A stretch of 62,007 bases of DNA from a virus (lineage: Duplodnaviria; Caudoviricetes). The notes beneath the pieces are model-generated. The model had not been told where the DNA came from. It worked only from the letters and a program-made list of their open reading frames with translations, and ran no database searches. Every line of letters begins with the position of its first letter. Position 1 is the stretch's first letter. The stretch is from positions 1 through 62,007 of IMG/VR virus record IMGVR_UViG_3300024979_000006; one strand, given 5' to 3'. The translations under genes and the position numbers were made by a program. Below, one piece after another: positions 18,561 through 25,904 of this stretch.

Positions 18561-18988
18561 AAGAATTTACTAAACGAGACTGGCCCACTTGCCCGCGTGG
18601 TGATTGGATGCTTATTTATTACGCTAAAACGCATCCAGAAAACAAGAGGGAGTTATCGCTGGCTAAAGGACTGTGCGCTAACACAGTCCGACATTTACTG
18701 ACTGATCCACGTAGCCTGGCTGCTATAGATAACGCAATTGCGTATGGTCGAGGTGAGACCGAGCATGTTGATGAGACTGCTGATATTAGTATCGGCTATC
18801 CCGCGCTTGCGAATGTTATTATCGTTACTGGTGCGGCTATTACTATTACGACCGTTACTATTGCCGCGTATGTTATGGCGGCCTCGTATATTATGGCGGC
18901 ATCGTATATCGTTTATGCGACTAGAGCTGTGATAAAAAAAAATCGACTCGAAACCGCCAATATTTGCCGCGAGGTGTTGAAATTATGA
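18557..18988 (+). CDS. Paralog 3 of Ala-rich family
   Basis: 18567-18763 is identical to 17352-17548; AGGAGG RBS. Confidence 0.85.
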   Translation: MKEFTKRDWPTCPRGDWMLIYYAKTHPENKRELSLAKGLCANTVRHLLTDPRSLAAIDNAIAYGRGETEHVDETADISIGYPALANVIIVTGAAITITTVTIAAYVMAASYIMAASYIVYATRAVIKKNRLETANICREVLKL

Positions 18989-19080
18989 AAGCAAAAGGTT
19001 TTACGCACGACAACGTGAATAATAAAAGCGTCGATGCGTTAAAACGAATGCAAAACAGGGGTCATTTGGTATTTTTATAA
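18985..19080 (+). pseudogene. 31-aa ORF, possible internally deleted phage adenine MTase remnant
   Basis: MKAKGFTHDNVNNKSVD + ALKRMQNRGHLVFL resemble, from memory, the N- and C-termini of phage Dam-like MTases. Confidence 0.35.
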
Positions 19081-19187
19081 TATCGCCGCCCCTCCTGTCC
19101 ATAAACCTGCGTTCTACGTTTTTTTTTACGTTCCTCAATGCGCCGGATATCCTCCGGCGTAAAATCACTCGGTTTTAGTGTTTTCAT
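19062..19187 (-). CDS. Small basic protein (41 aa)
   Basis: GGAG RBS; MKTLKPSDFTPEDIRRIEERKKKRR... Confidence 0.5.
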   Translation of the reverse strand: MKTLKPSDFTPEDIRRIEERKKKRRTQVYGQEGRRYYKNTK

Positions 19188-19231
19188 TCAGTATCTCCAG
19201 CCTACGCTGTAATGTGCGCCTGGGTCGTTAT

Positions 19232-19726
19232 TCATTTTCCATATACCTCAAATCTAATTTTATCGTTATTACATTGTTCAGTATGCCTGAGTGTAAAATC
19301 ATTACTAATGATCGGAAAAAATCTTACTACGGTTGATAATCCCGGACAATACTCATTATCAATACGAGTTAGCAAAATCATGTCAGCGTAGTACATGGCT
19401 TCACGATAAATGCTTTCCCCTCCGACGATGTAGACGTCACGATAAAAACTCTTAGCACATACCATTAACGCTTCCTCGTGACTATTGACGAATAATACAC
19501 CGTCACGATTACGACCAAATCTTTCATTACTGGCTATTACAACGTTTAATCGATTCGGCAATGGTTTACGCCCCAATGAATCAAACGTGCCACGTCCCAT
19601 GATGACCGCATGTCCGTCTGTAATTTCTTTGAATCGTTTTAAATCTTCTGGTATGTGCCACGGTATTTTACCGTCCATACCTATTAAATTATTTTTATCA
19701 CATGCTGCTATAATTGATATTCTCAT
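19232..19726 (-). CDS. folA: Dihydrofolate reductase
   Basis: IG.DGKIPWHIPEDLKRFKEIT.GHAVIMGR.TFDSLG.KPLPNRLNVV, YIVGGESIY. Confidence 0.95.
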   Translation of the reverse strand: MRISIIAACDKNNLIGMDGKIPWHIPEDLKRFKEITDGHAVIMGRGTFDSLGRKPLPNRLNVVIASNERFGRNRDGVLFVNSHEEALMVCAKSFYRDVYIVGGESIYREAMYYADMILLTRIDNEYCPGLSTVVRFFPIISNDFTLRHTEQCNNDKIRFEVYGK

Positions 19727-19727
19727 G

Positions 19728-21200
19728 TTAAACCGCCATAAATGCTTTAATAAATTGCGCTGCGACCTGTGGGACTATTGCATTACCGTACCCTTTCAAA
19801 CGCATCACACGGGCTTCTTGCGTGTTGTCTGGATCGCTGCTATGCACCACTCCATGGGGAACCCCATCAACCAGCGGCTTAATGCCGGGTTTAATTGGCC
19901 TGTACTTGTTGTCTCGGCAATAGAGCCAGTCTGGATTAATCCAAGTTTGCACCCCGGATGATTCGACGTTAAGGCTATCGCTTGGGTTTGTAGGTGAGTC
20001 GATTTCTCCATCGGACGGCCTGATGTTCTTGGTGTTGCCCATCCTGCCAATGTCGTCAACTGAGCCGTTATGTCCAGCCTGTCCGTAGATAGCTTCCCGT
20101 TCCGAATGCGACCTCCCGAGTAACCACCCTTGTGATCCGTTGCCGATGTTGTCGGCCACCCAGTACAATCGTTGTCTGATGTGCGGGGCACCCGCGCTGT
20201 GTGCTCCCAATACTGTAATCCCGAAGGTGTAGCCTTCTTCTTCCATTGCTGACTGTAAATCATCGGTCCAACTTGACTGGTTTGATGCTTCAAATTCTCG
20301 GCTAATTTGTCCGATAGCGTTTGAGATTTCTGTCTGCGCTGATTCATTATCCCAGTTGATACTTCCAGTATCTTCTGTTCCCCCCACGTATTCATCATTA
20401 CATTCAAGGCATAAATAACTACTCTCGTATTCGTTTTTAGATAACCAATCGTGTTGTCTATCCTGTCCAATGATGGTGCGTTCCAAGCCCTCGGCGTTTC
20501 CAAATCGAAAGGTATCGCTGTTACTTCGCATAATCCTTTGTTTATTATCTCTTGAACCCAATCCCCCGTTATATCCGATTCCATCCCGCGCTCTTTCGCC
20601 CGATTGATTGCCACATTCGCTAATGCTTTCCCCCTGTTTTTCAGCCGCCATGCCTTGTATTCTTCCGACGATATTTCTTTCCTGGCCTGTTTCTTTTCCC
20701 GATAAGACTTGTTGCAAGGATTGCATATTTTCGCCACATTCCCTTTCCCATAGCGAGAGTATTCTGAGATAGGCTTGTCTATTTTGCAGCGATTGCAAAT
20801 TTTCGATTTCAGTTCGTAACTTTGGCTGTCTAATTGCGGCGCCGACTTGCTCACCGAAGATAACGGGGAAATTGCACTGCTTAACAATCTCGATAAAGTG
20901 CGGCAACAAGTGTCGTTCGTCGTCTTTTCCCTTCCCGGCTCCGGCAACACTGAAAGGCTGACAGGGAAGGCTTGCTGTACAGACTGGTCTTGAATCATCC
21001 CACCCGGCGAGTCTGAGAGCGTAAGACCATCCCCCGATTCCCGCAAAGAAGTGATGTTGTCTAAATCCGGCGAGTTCTTCTGGTCTAACATCAGTAATTG
21101 ATCGTTCATCTACATACCCATTTGCTATTATTTTCATTTTTATTAATTCCCTAAGCCAAGCCGCCGCTTTGGGGTCAAATTCGTTATAATAAGCCCACAT
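19728..21200 (-). CDS. C5-cytosine DNA methyltransferase alpha chain with ~185-aa in-frame insertion
   Basis: FFAGIGG (I), PCQPFS (IV), FGEQV (VI), GAPHIRQRLY (VIII), RLKGYGNAIVPQVA (X); motif IX lies in the overlapping frame. Confidence 0.9.
   Translation of the reverse strand: MWAYYNEFDPKAAAWLRELIKMKIIANGYVDERSITDVRPEELAGFRQHHFFAGIGGWSYALRLAGWDDSRPVCTASLPCQPFSVAGAGKGKDDERHLLPHFIEIVKQCNFPVIFGEQVGAAIRQPKLRTEIENLQSLQNRQAYLRILSLWERECGENMQSLQQVLSGKETGQERNIVGRIQGMAAEKQGESISECGNQSGERARDGIGYNGGLGSRDNKQRIMRSNSDTFRFGNAEGLERTIIGQDRQHDWLSKNEYESSYLCLECNDEYVGGTEDTGSINWDNESAQTEISNAIGQISREFEASNQSSWTDDLQSAMEEEGYTFGITVLGAHSAGAPHIRQRLYWVADNIGNGSQGWLLGRSHSEREAIYGQAGHNGSVDDIGRMGNTKNIRPSDGEIDSPTNPSDSLNVESSGVQTWINPDWLYCRDNKYRPIKPGIKPLVDGVPHGVVHSSDPDNTQEARVMRLKGYGNAIVPQVAAQFIKAFMAV
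19805..21109 (-). CDS. Overlapping-frame ORF: HNH-like endonuclease fused to the MTase beta chain
   Basis: KICNRC..CNPC Zn ribbon and SLDRIDNTIGY..TNTRVV...LN nuclease motif, followed by GWPT...GQLNPALSRWLMGFPMEW (motif IX-like); true start uncertain. Confidence 0.8.
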   Translation of the reverse strand: MNDQLLMLDQKNSPDLDNITSLRESGDGLTLSDSPGGMIQDQSVQQAFPVSLSVLPEPGREKTTNDTCCRTLSRLLSSAISPLSSVSKSAPQLDSQSYELKSKICNRCKIDKPISEYSRYGKGNVAKICNPCNKSYREKKQARKEISSEEYKAWRLKNRGKALANVAINRAKERGMESDITGDWVQEIINKGLCEVTAIPFDLETPRAWNAPSLDRIDNTIGYLKTNTRVVIYALNVMMNTWGEQKILEVSTGIMNQRRQKSQTLSDKLAENLKHQTSQVGPMIYSQQWKKKATPSGLQYWEHTARVPRTSDNDCTGWPTTSATDHKGGYSGGRIRNGKLSTDRLDITAQLTTLAGWATPRTSGRPMEKSTHLQTQAIALTSNHPGCKLGLIQTGSIAETTSTGQLNPALSRWLMGFPMEWCIAAIQTTRKKPV

Positions 21201-21209
21201 AAAATCTCC

Positions 21210-23330
21210 TTAAAATATCGGTTGTAACGCTAACATAAAACCCTTCTTTTTCGCTGTGCGTTTTTCTTGAATACCTAATCGACGCAAAACTTTAGCCACA
21301 GCATTAACGTCCATTTTCGTTGTGTGACCCCATCCACATTCAGTCAATATATCCGTGCATGTATAGAGTTTGCCGTGATCGAGTATCGTATCCAAATCAA
21401 ATTTTGAACGCATGGCATCCTCGATATGATCAATTTGTGAGTGTTTTAAATGGTGATGATTTATCATTTCGTCCATTTCAGCATCCGGCCACCACTGATC
21501 ACCCGCTAAATACAAACCCCATATTTCCGCCCATAATTGTTGCATATCGACAGAATGAAACGGATTTGTACCTATTATTTGCAACGGAAAAAATCGCCGG
21601 TTCCCGGTATCATCCACCAAAAATCGTGACTCGTTGACACTAGCGAAAAACGATGTCCGGCGCCGAAACTTGCACGGTAAACGGTCGTAGGGCAAGCGGA
21701 TCTCATCGACACAGGAGGACAGAAAACCTTTTAACCGGGCAATATCTGATTTTTTAAATGTACCGTCCAGTTCGCCCAATTCGCATATCCAGGCTGATAC
21801 TGCCGCTTTACGTGAATCTTTATTCTCGGTGTCCAGCGTGATGTTATCTATCACATATTCATTGTATTCTGGCGGCACCAGTGAACGAATCCAGGTCGTT
21901 TTCATCCGACCCTGACCGGATTGAAAAATCAGCACCGCTTCAAATTTTGGGACTTTGTGTACTATCGGTGATGATTCCCCCGCATCCATGGCTGCTACGC
22001 ATTGCACCAGCCACATACGTAACAATCGATTGCGGTATTCGACGTTATTAATATCGACCAGCACGGTATTATAAAAATCGTTTAATCGGCTCACATTGTC
22101 CCATGGTTTACCAGTAATAAAATCCTTGATGGGATTTACAACCTTGTTCATTAACAACGCGGTTATGCGTTCGGCTGTTTCTATCGGCACCTCATTAATT
22201 GCCAGCAACGATTTAATTTCTTGTAATTTTCCGTTGTCGCTGATGTCATTGATTACATTTTGATTAGCCGGGAAATCGATGCAATGTTTTTTCAACAGTT
22301 CATCGTAATAATACGTAATGCCATAATGTTTCAGTATACATGTCAGATTTAATGTCGATGCTTGCGCTTTGCCTCGCTTACTTCGATCAGGAATATCTGT
22401 TTCAGACAGCCGCATATTAAACGGCATATATTCGCCTTCCACGGTGCCGAATATTTCAGCCGGGTTTACCTGTAGACCTTTCTTTGGATTAATCCAGCCG
22501 TTACGCTGTGCTTTGGCGAATACCGCGCGGTGATCAGTACGGTCCCCGGTAAATGTATTCCAACGCCACATATCGTCTGGGTTATATTTATCGGATTTTT
22601 TGGACCATGCGTCCCATAATGCAAAACCGGCATCGCCCAGGCAGGCTAGATCCTGCCCAACACTGATCCAGGTTACTCGGTCGTCTGCTGAGATATGGCA
22701 CAACGCTGATTCCAGTTCACTAAGTGTCTCGTCTGTAACCTCCGAGACAAGCATGTTTTGCTGTTTTGAGTGTTGCGACAGCTCCGGGTACATTGGTGTC
22801 AGGTTAGGGACTAGATCAACGTAATTACCTAGCGAATGCTGACATTCGTAGATTACACCACGGACCGAACCGAAATAATACGTTTGCGATAACGTAAATG
22901 ATTCATGTGCTAATATGCCACCAAACGCGCCATTTAAACGCGCCATTAACTCTCTCCGTTGAGATGGTACGGTTTCCGCTGACAATGGAGCCAGGACGCG
23001 CCAACGTGGTTTTTCGGTCGTGTGACTTGGCGATGTGTAAACCAACGCATAGATACCGGCCAGATTGAGACATTGCACCGCAGTATCAACGGATACCTCG
23101 CCGCCATCGTAATCCCCTTCAAGCCCAGATATAGACAGCACGTTTGCGTCGTGACGGTATGACCAAGCTTCGGTAATCTGATTACCGAATGTAGCTAGTT
23201 TAATTAACGGTAATTCAGATTTTTCGTTGAATACCGCAGGATTAGCACAGTGCTGGTATAGCTGCTCCCAGGTTACATCATATTTTTCTAATGTATTCGC
23301 TTTGACAGTTGGGAAGATGGTTACTTGCAT
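21210..23330 (-). CDS. Primase (AEP-like + PriCT-2) fused to VirE/VapE-type helicase
   Basis: GDYD and YTSPSH..KPRWRV; DDRVTWISVG...WDAWSKKSDKY; QSGQGRMKT Walker A, WICELGEL, FLVDDTGNRRF. Likely start ATG 23330 (track gives 23384). Confidence 0.9.
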   Translation of the reverse strand: MQVTIFPTVKANTLEKYDVTWEQLYQHCANPAVFNEKSELPLIKLATFGNQITEAWSYRHDANVLSISGLEGDYDGGEVSVDTAVQCLNLAGIYALVYTSPSHTTEKPRWRVLAPLSAETVPSQRRELMARLNGAFGGILAHESFTLSQTYYFGSVRGVIYECQHSLGNYVDLVPNLTPMYPELSQHSKQQNMLVSEVTDETLSELESALCHISADDRVTWISVGQDLACLGDAGFALWDAWSKKSDKYNPDDMWRWNTFTGDRTDHRAVFAKAQRNGWINPKKGLQVNPAEIFGTVEGEYMPFNMRLSETDIPDRSKRGKAQASTLNLTCILKHYGITYYYDELLKKHCIDFPANQNVINDISDNGKLQEIKSLLAINEVPIETAERITALLMNKVVNPIKDFITGKPWDNVSRLNDFYNTVLVDINNVEYRNRLLRMWLVQCVAAMDAGESSPIVHKVPKFEAVLIFQSGQGRMKTTWIRSLVPPEYNEYVIDNITLDTENKDSRKAAVSAWICELGELDGTFKKSDIARLKGFLSSCVDEIRLPYDRLPCKFRRRTSFFASVNESRFLVDDTGNRRFFPLQIIGTNPFHSVDMQQLWAEIWGLYLAGDQWWPDAEMDEMINHHHLKHSQIDHIEDAMRSKFDLDTILDHGKLYTCTDILTECGWGHTTKMDVNAVAKVLRRLGIQEKRTAKKKGFMLALQPIF

Positions 23331-24874
23331 ATCTGGTTCACCCGGTCGTTTATTAGAGTTATGTAATCGGGATTTAATTCGCACAGAATCGAAAATCTGT
23401 TATGTTTGGCGGCAACGCCGCCCACTGTACCGCTGCCTCCGAATGGATCAATAACGGTTCCGAATACCGGACATCCTGCAAGTATGCAAGGCTCGATTAA
23501 ATCAGGTGGGAAGGTGGCGAAATGTGCACCCTTGTAAGGTTTTGTGGTTACTGTCCATACGGATCGTTTGTTTCGTGTTTCAGCGGGTTCGGGTAAATCC
23601 GCTTCACTTAAGCCGGTAGTTGAATTTTTTAAGTTTTCTTTCGTTCTAAAGTTATTTTCTTTGGAATTGTAACCTAACTCTCTATTACGATTTACCCCAT
23701 TAGGTCTACGTTTTACCGCTTTCATATTACCGTTAGTTTTTCCAGGTACACGGCTACTACCCGTTTGATTCTCAATATTTTGAGACAATCGCGCAATACT
23801 TGCGTCTGCCAATGGTTCACCTATCGCATCCGAATCAAAATAATACTTAGGCTTCTTGCTTAACAGGAAAATATATTCGTGCGCCTTGGTGCAGCGGTCT
23901 TTAACGCTCTCTGGCATCGGGTTTGGTTTGTGCCAAATAATATCTTGTCTCAAATACCATCCGTCGGCACGTAACGCAAAGGCAAGTATCCACGGAATAC
24001 CTATCAGGTCTTTGTTTTTTACGGTTGGTATGGTACACTGTGGCTTAACATAGGAGTGATTAAACCATGAAGAGACAAGTAAACAATACCCGTAAGTGCA
24101 TCGAGTGCAGTTTAGAAGTTCCTCGCAAAGTAATGCGGTGTCCTGATTGCAATAAAAAGTTTCTGCAACTGCGCCCAACATACTCTCGTACCGAAGAGCA
24201 TAAGAGAAAAATGAGCGAAGTGACGAAAGGAAAGCCAAAACAGCATCGCTCGGCTTCTGAAAACCCTGAAGTGGCGGTAAAGATTCAGAATTGGTGGACA
24301 GAAGAACGCCGTGAAGCTGCTCGACAACGTGGATTGCGTTTTGCACTTGATCCAGAATGGCGGTTAAAGATAGCCCTTTCTGTTTCTGGGGCAAGCAATC
24401 CTCGGTGGGAAGATGGTCGATCAGGAAAAGCATATTCTCCTGGATTTGCCGACAAAGTTCGTGAGCTTGTTCGAGAACGCGACGGGAATCAGTGCACCCA
24501 ATGCGGTTCCACAAAACACCTTTGCGTACATCATAAAGACTTTGAGAAAGTGATCCATGACCTTGACAATCTTGTTCTCCTTTGTCGTAAGTGTCATACG
24601 ATTGAACACGTCGAGCACTCGAAGAGTAAGAGTCTGAAATATTCAACCACAACGTCCCATCATCCCGCAGTATTCGCTTAACCTCTGCAAATACCTTAAC
24701 CATGTTGGCGATATACAACTCTGGTGTTTCCTCAAGTCCAATTTGATCATCATGTCCATAATCACGCAGTCCATAATACGGCGGCGATGTAACACAGCAA
24801 TTAATACTTTTGTCTTGAATTTGCCGCATTGATTCTAGGCAATCTCCCGCTAATACTTTGACAAAATTATTCAT
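23321..24874 (-). CDS. N4/N6 DNA methyltransferase (beta class) with ~200-aa in-frame insertion
   Basis: VTSPPY, KDLIGIPW..AFAL.ADGWYLRQDIIWHKPNPMPESVKDR, HFATFP, DPFGGSGT. Confidence 0.92.
   Translation of the reverse strand: MNNFVKVLAGDCLESMRQIQDKSINCCVTSPPYYGLRDYGHDDQIGLEETPELYIANMVKVFAEVKRILRDDGTLWLNISDSYSSSARRVQSYDTYDKGEQDCQGHGSLSQSLYDVRKGVLWNRIGCTDSRRVLEQAHELCRQIQENMLFLIDHLPTEDCLPQKQKGLSLTAILDQVQNAIHVVEQLHGVLLSTNSESLPPLQGFQKPSDAVLAFLSSLRSFFSYALRYESMLGAVAETFYCNQDTALLCEELLNCTRCTYGYCLLVSSWFNHSYVKPQCTIPTVKNKDLIGIPWILAFALRADGWYLRQDIIWHKPNPMPESVKDRCTKAHEYIFLLSKKPKYYFDSDAIGEPLADASIARLSQNIENQTGSSRVPGKTNGNMKAVKRRPNGVNRNRELGYNSKENNFRTKENLKNSTTGLSEADLPEPAETRNKRSVWTVTTKPYKGAHFATFPPDLIEPCILAGCPVFGTVIDPFGGSGTVGGVAAKHNRFSILCELNPDYITLINDRVNQICK
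24012..24056 (+). promoter_or_regulatory. Candidate promoter and RBS for the antisense HNH gene
   Basis: TTGTTT-16 bp-TACACT with TG extension (24031-24039); AGGAG at 24052-24056, 10 nt before ATG 24067. Confidence 0.55.
24067..24681 (+). CDS. HNH endonuclease (Zn ribbon + NUMOD3-like + HNH), antisense within the MTase
   Basis: CIEC..CPDC; TEEHKRKMSE; G..NPRWEDG; RERDGNQCTQCGS...VHH.D......DNLVLLCRKCHTIEH. Confidence 0.92.
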   Translation: MKRQVNNTRKCIECSLEVPRKVMRCPDCNKKFLQLRPTYSRTEEHKRKMSEVTKGKPKQHRSASENPEVAVKIQNWWTEERREAARQRGLRFALDPEWRLKIALSVSGASNPRWEDGRSGKAYSPGFADKVRELVRERDGNQCTQCGSTKHLCVHHKDFEKVIHDLDNLVLLCRKCHTIEHVEHSKSKSLKYSTTTSHHPAVFA

Positions 24875-24875
24875 A

Positions 24876-25193
24876 TCACTTCACCGACATGAGCTTTTCA
24901 AGTGCTTTTTTCCTCAATTCGTCGCTTATTTTTTCGGCCCTGGGATCTTTGGCAACCAACCCTTGTGCTATTATTTCCAGATCACCTAACCGTAACGCTT
25001 CGCCCATTATCGCCCGACGTAAATTACTCACAGTACCAAAATACTTGGTTATCAACGTAGCACTGACGCCACTGTGATCACTAATCTGTTTGCGGGTAAT
25101 GTTTCGGTATCCGTGTTCCCTTGATACAATTAACGCATGTCCGAGTAGCTGGCGCTTACGGTCCACCGGATTCATTCTTTGCTGTTCGTTCAT
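24876..25193 (-). CDS. TetR-like HTH regulator
   Basis: RKRQLL..AL..SREHGY.NITRKQISDHSGVSATLITKYFGT. Confidence 0.75.
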   Translation of the reverse strand: MNEQQRMNPVDRKRQLLGHALIVSREHGYRNITRKQISDHSGVSATLITKYFGTVSNLRRAIMGEALRLGDLEIIAQGLVAKDPRAEKISDELRKKALEKLMSVK

Positions 25194-25664
25194 TTAAAAT
25201 TCCCCTGTTGTGAATGCTGCATAACCGCCAAGCGACGTAACAACATCGCTCCATTTTTTTTGCGCTTGAGTGTGTTTATCGTTTTCTGAATATTTCCAGC
25301 CGGCGCATTTAACTTCCAAGCTGACAAACTGGCCGATTACCATGCCCGAATGAAATGGTGTTATTGTTATCGGGCGTATACCGATTAAATCGTGTGATTT
25401 AATTTTCTGATTCATGGCGGCTGAATCATTAGCTAAACCGAACCTGACGAAATTGCCATTTTCCATCATGCCAGCACCGCGGTTATTACGCCATAAACGC
25501 CACCCACGTTTAGATGCTTCCAGCCTGATCTCCGTTTGAATACCCGACTCGCCGGTTTCGGCGCTACCGGAAATAATATCGCACTCGGCAATTAATAACC
25601 GGCGTAACTCGACCACCGCATCAGCGGAAATTCTGTATTTATGCGCCCATTGACTGATTAACAT
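25194..25664 (-). CDS. VRR-NUC-type nuclease
   Basis: ESGIQTEIR...LWRNNRGA...VRFGL...SHDLIG...FVSLEVK...AQKKW...LGG.A. Confidence 0.85.
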   Translation of the reverse strand: MLISQWAHKYRISADAVVELRRLLIAECDIISGSAETGESGIQTEIRLEASKRGWRLWRNNRGAGMMENGNFVRFGLANDSAAMNQKIKSHDLIGIRPITITPFHSGMVIGQFVSLEVKCAGWKYSENDKHTQAQKKWSDVVTSLGGYAAFTTGEF

Positions 25665-25900
25665 TTAGGCACCCGCTTGTTTTTGAACACATCTGATTTT
25701 TTAATAGTTTCCATAAAATCAGATAGTCGTTTATTTTTAAACTCGTCGGGTTCGGGTATAGTGCGTATTTTAAAAACGGTTGTTAATTCAGGCAATTTGA
25801 AAACATGATGGCCGTTTTCTACCGAGTAGTCTCCAGGTTGATTGCCCATCGCCAAGTGTATCTGGTTTGTCAGATATTTAAGCTGTTCTTTTTTGTTCAT
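25658..25900 (-). CDS. Hypothetical protein
   Basis: Likely start ATG 25900 (MNKKEQLKYL...), just after the upstream stop. Confidence 0.55.
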   Translation of the reverse strand: MNKKEQLKYLTNQIHLAMGNQPGDYSVENGHHVFKLPELTTVFKIRTIPEPDEFKNKRLSDFMETIKKSDVFKNKRVPKC

Positions 25901-25904
25901 AAAT

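Noticed and set aside
17348-18988. Diversity-generating retroelement (TR/VR pair)
   Set aside because: No reverse transcriptase in the genome; differences between copies are not adenine-specific and include an indel; all copies are coding.
20275-24625. Inteins or group I introns explaining the two MTase insertions
   Set aside because: No C/S/A...HN splice motifs. The inserts are almost fully occupied by the nuclease ORFs, leaving no evident ribozyme core, and the host frames stay open. A covariance-model search is still needed for full exclusion.
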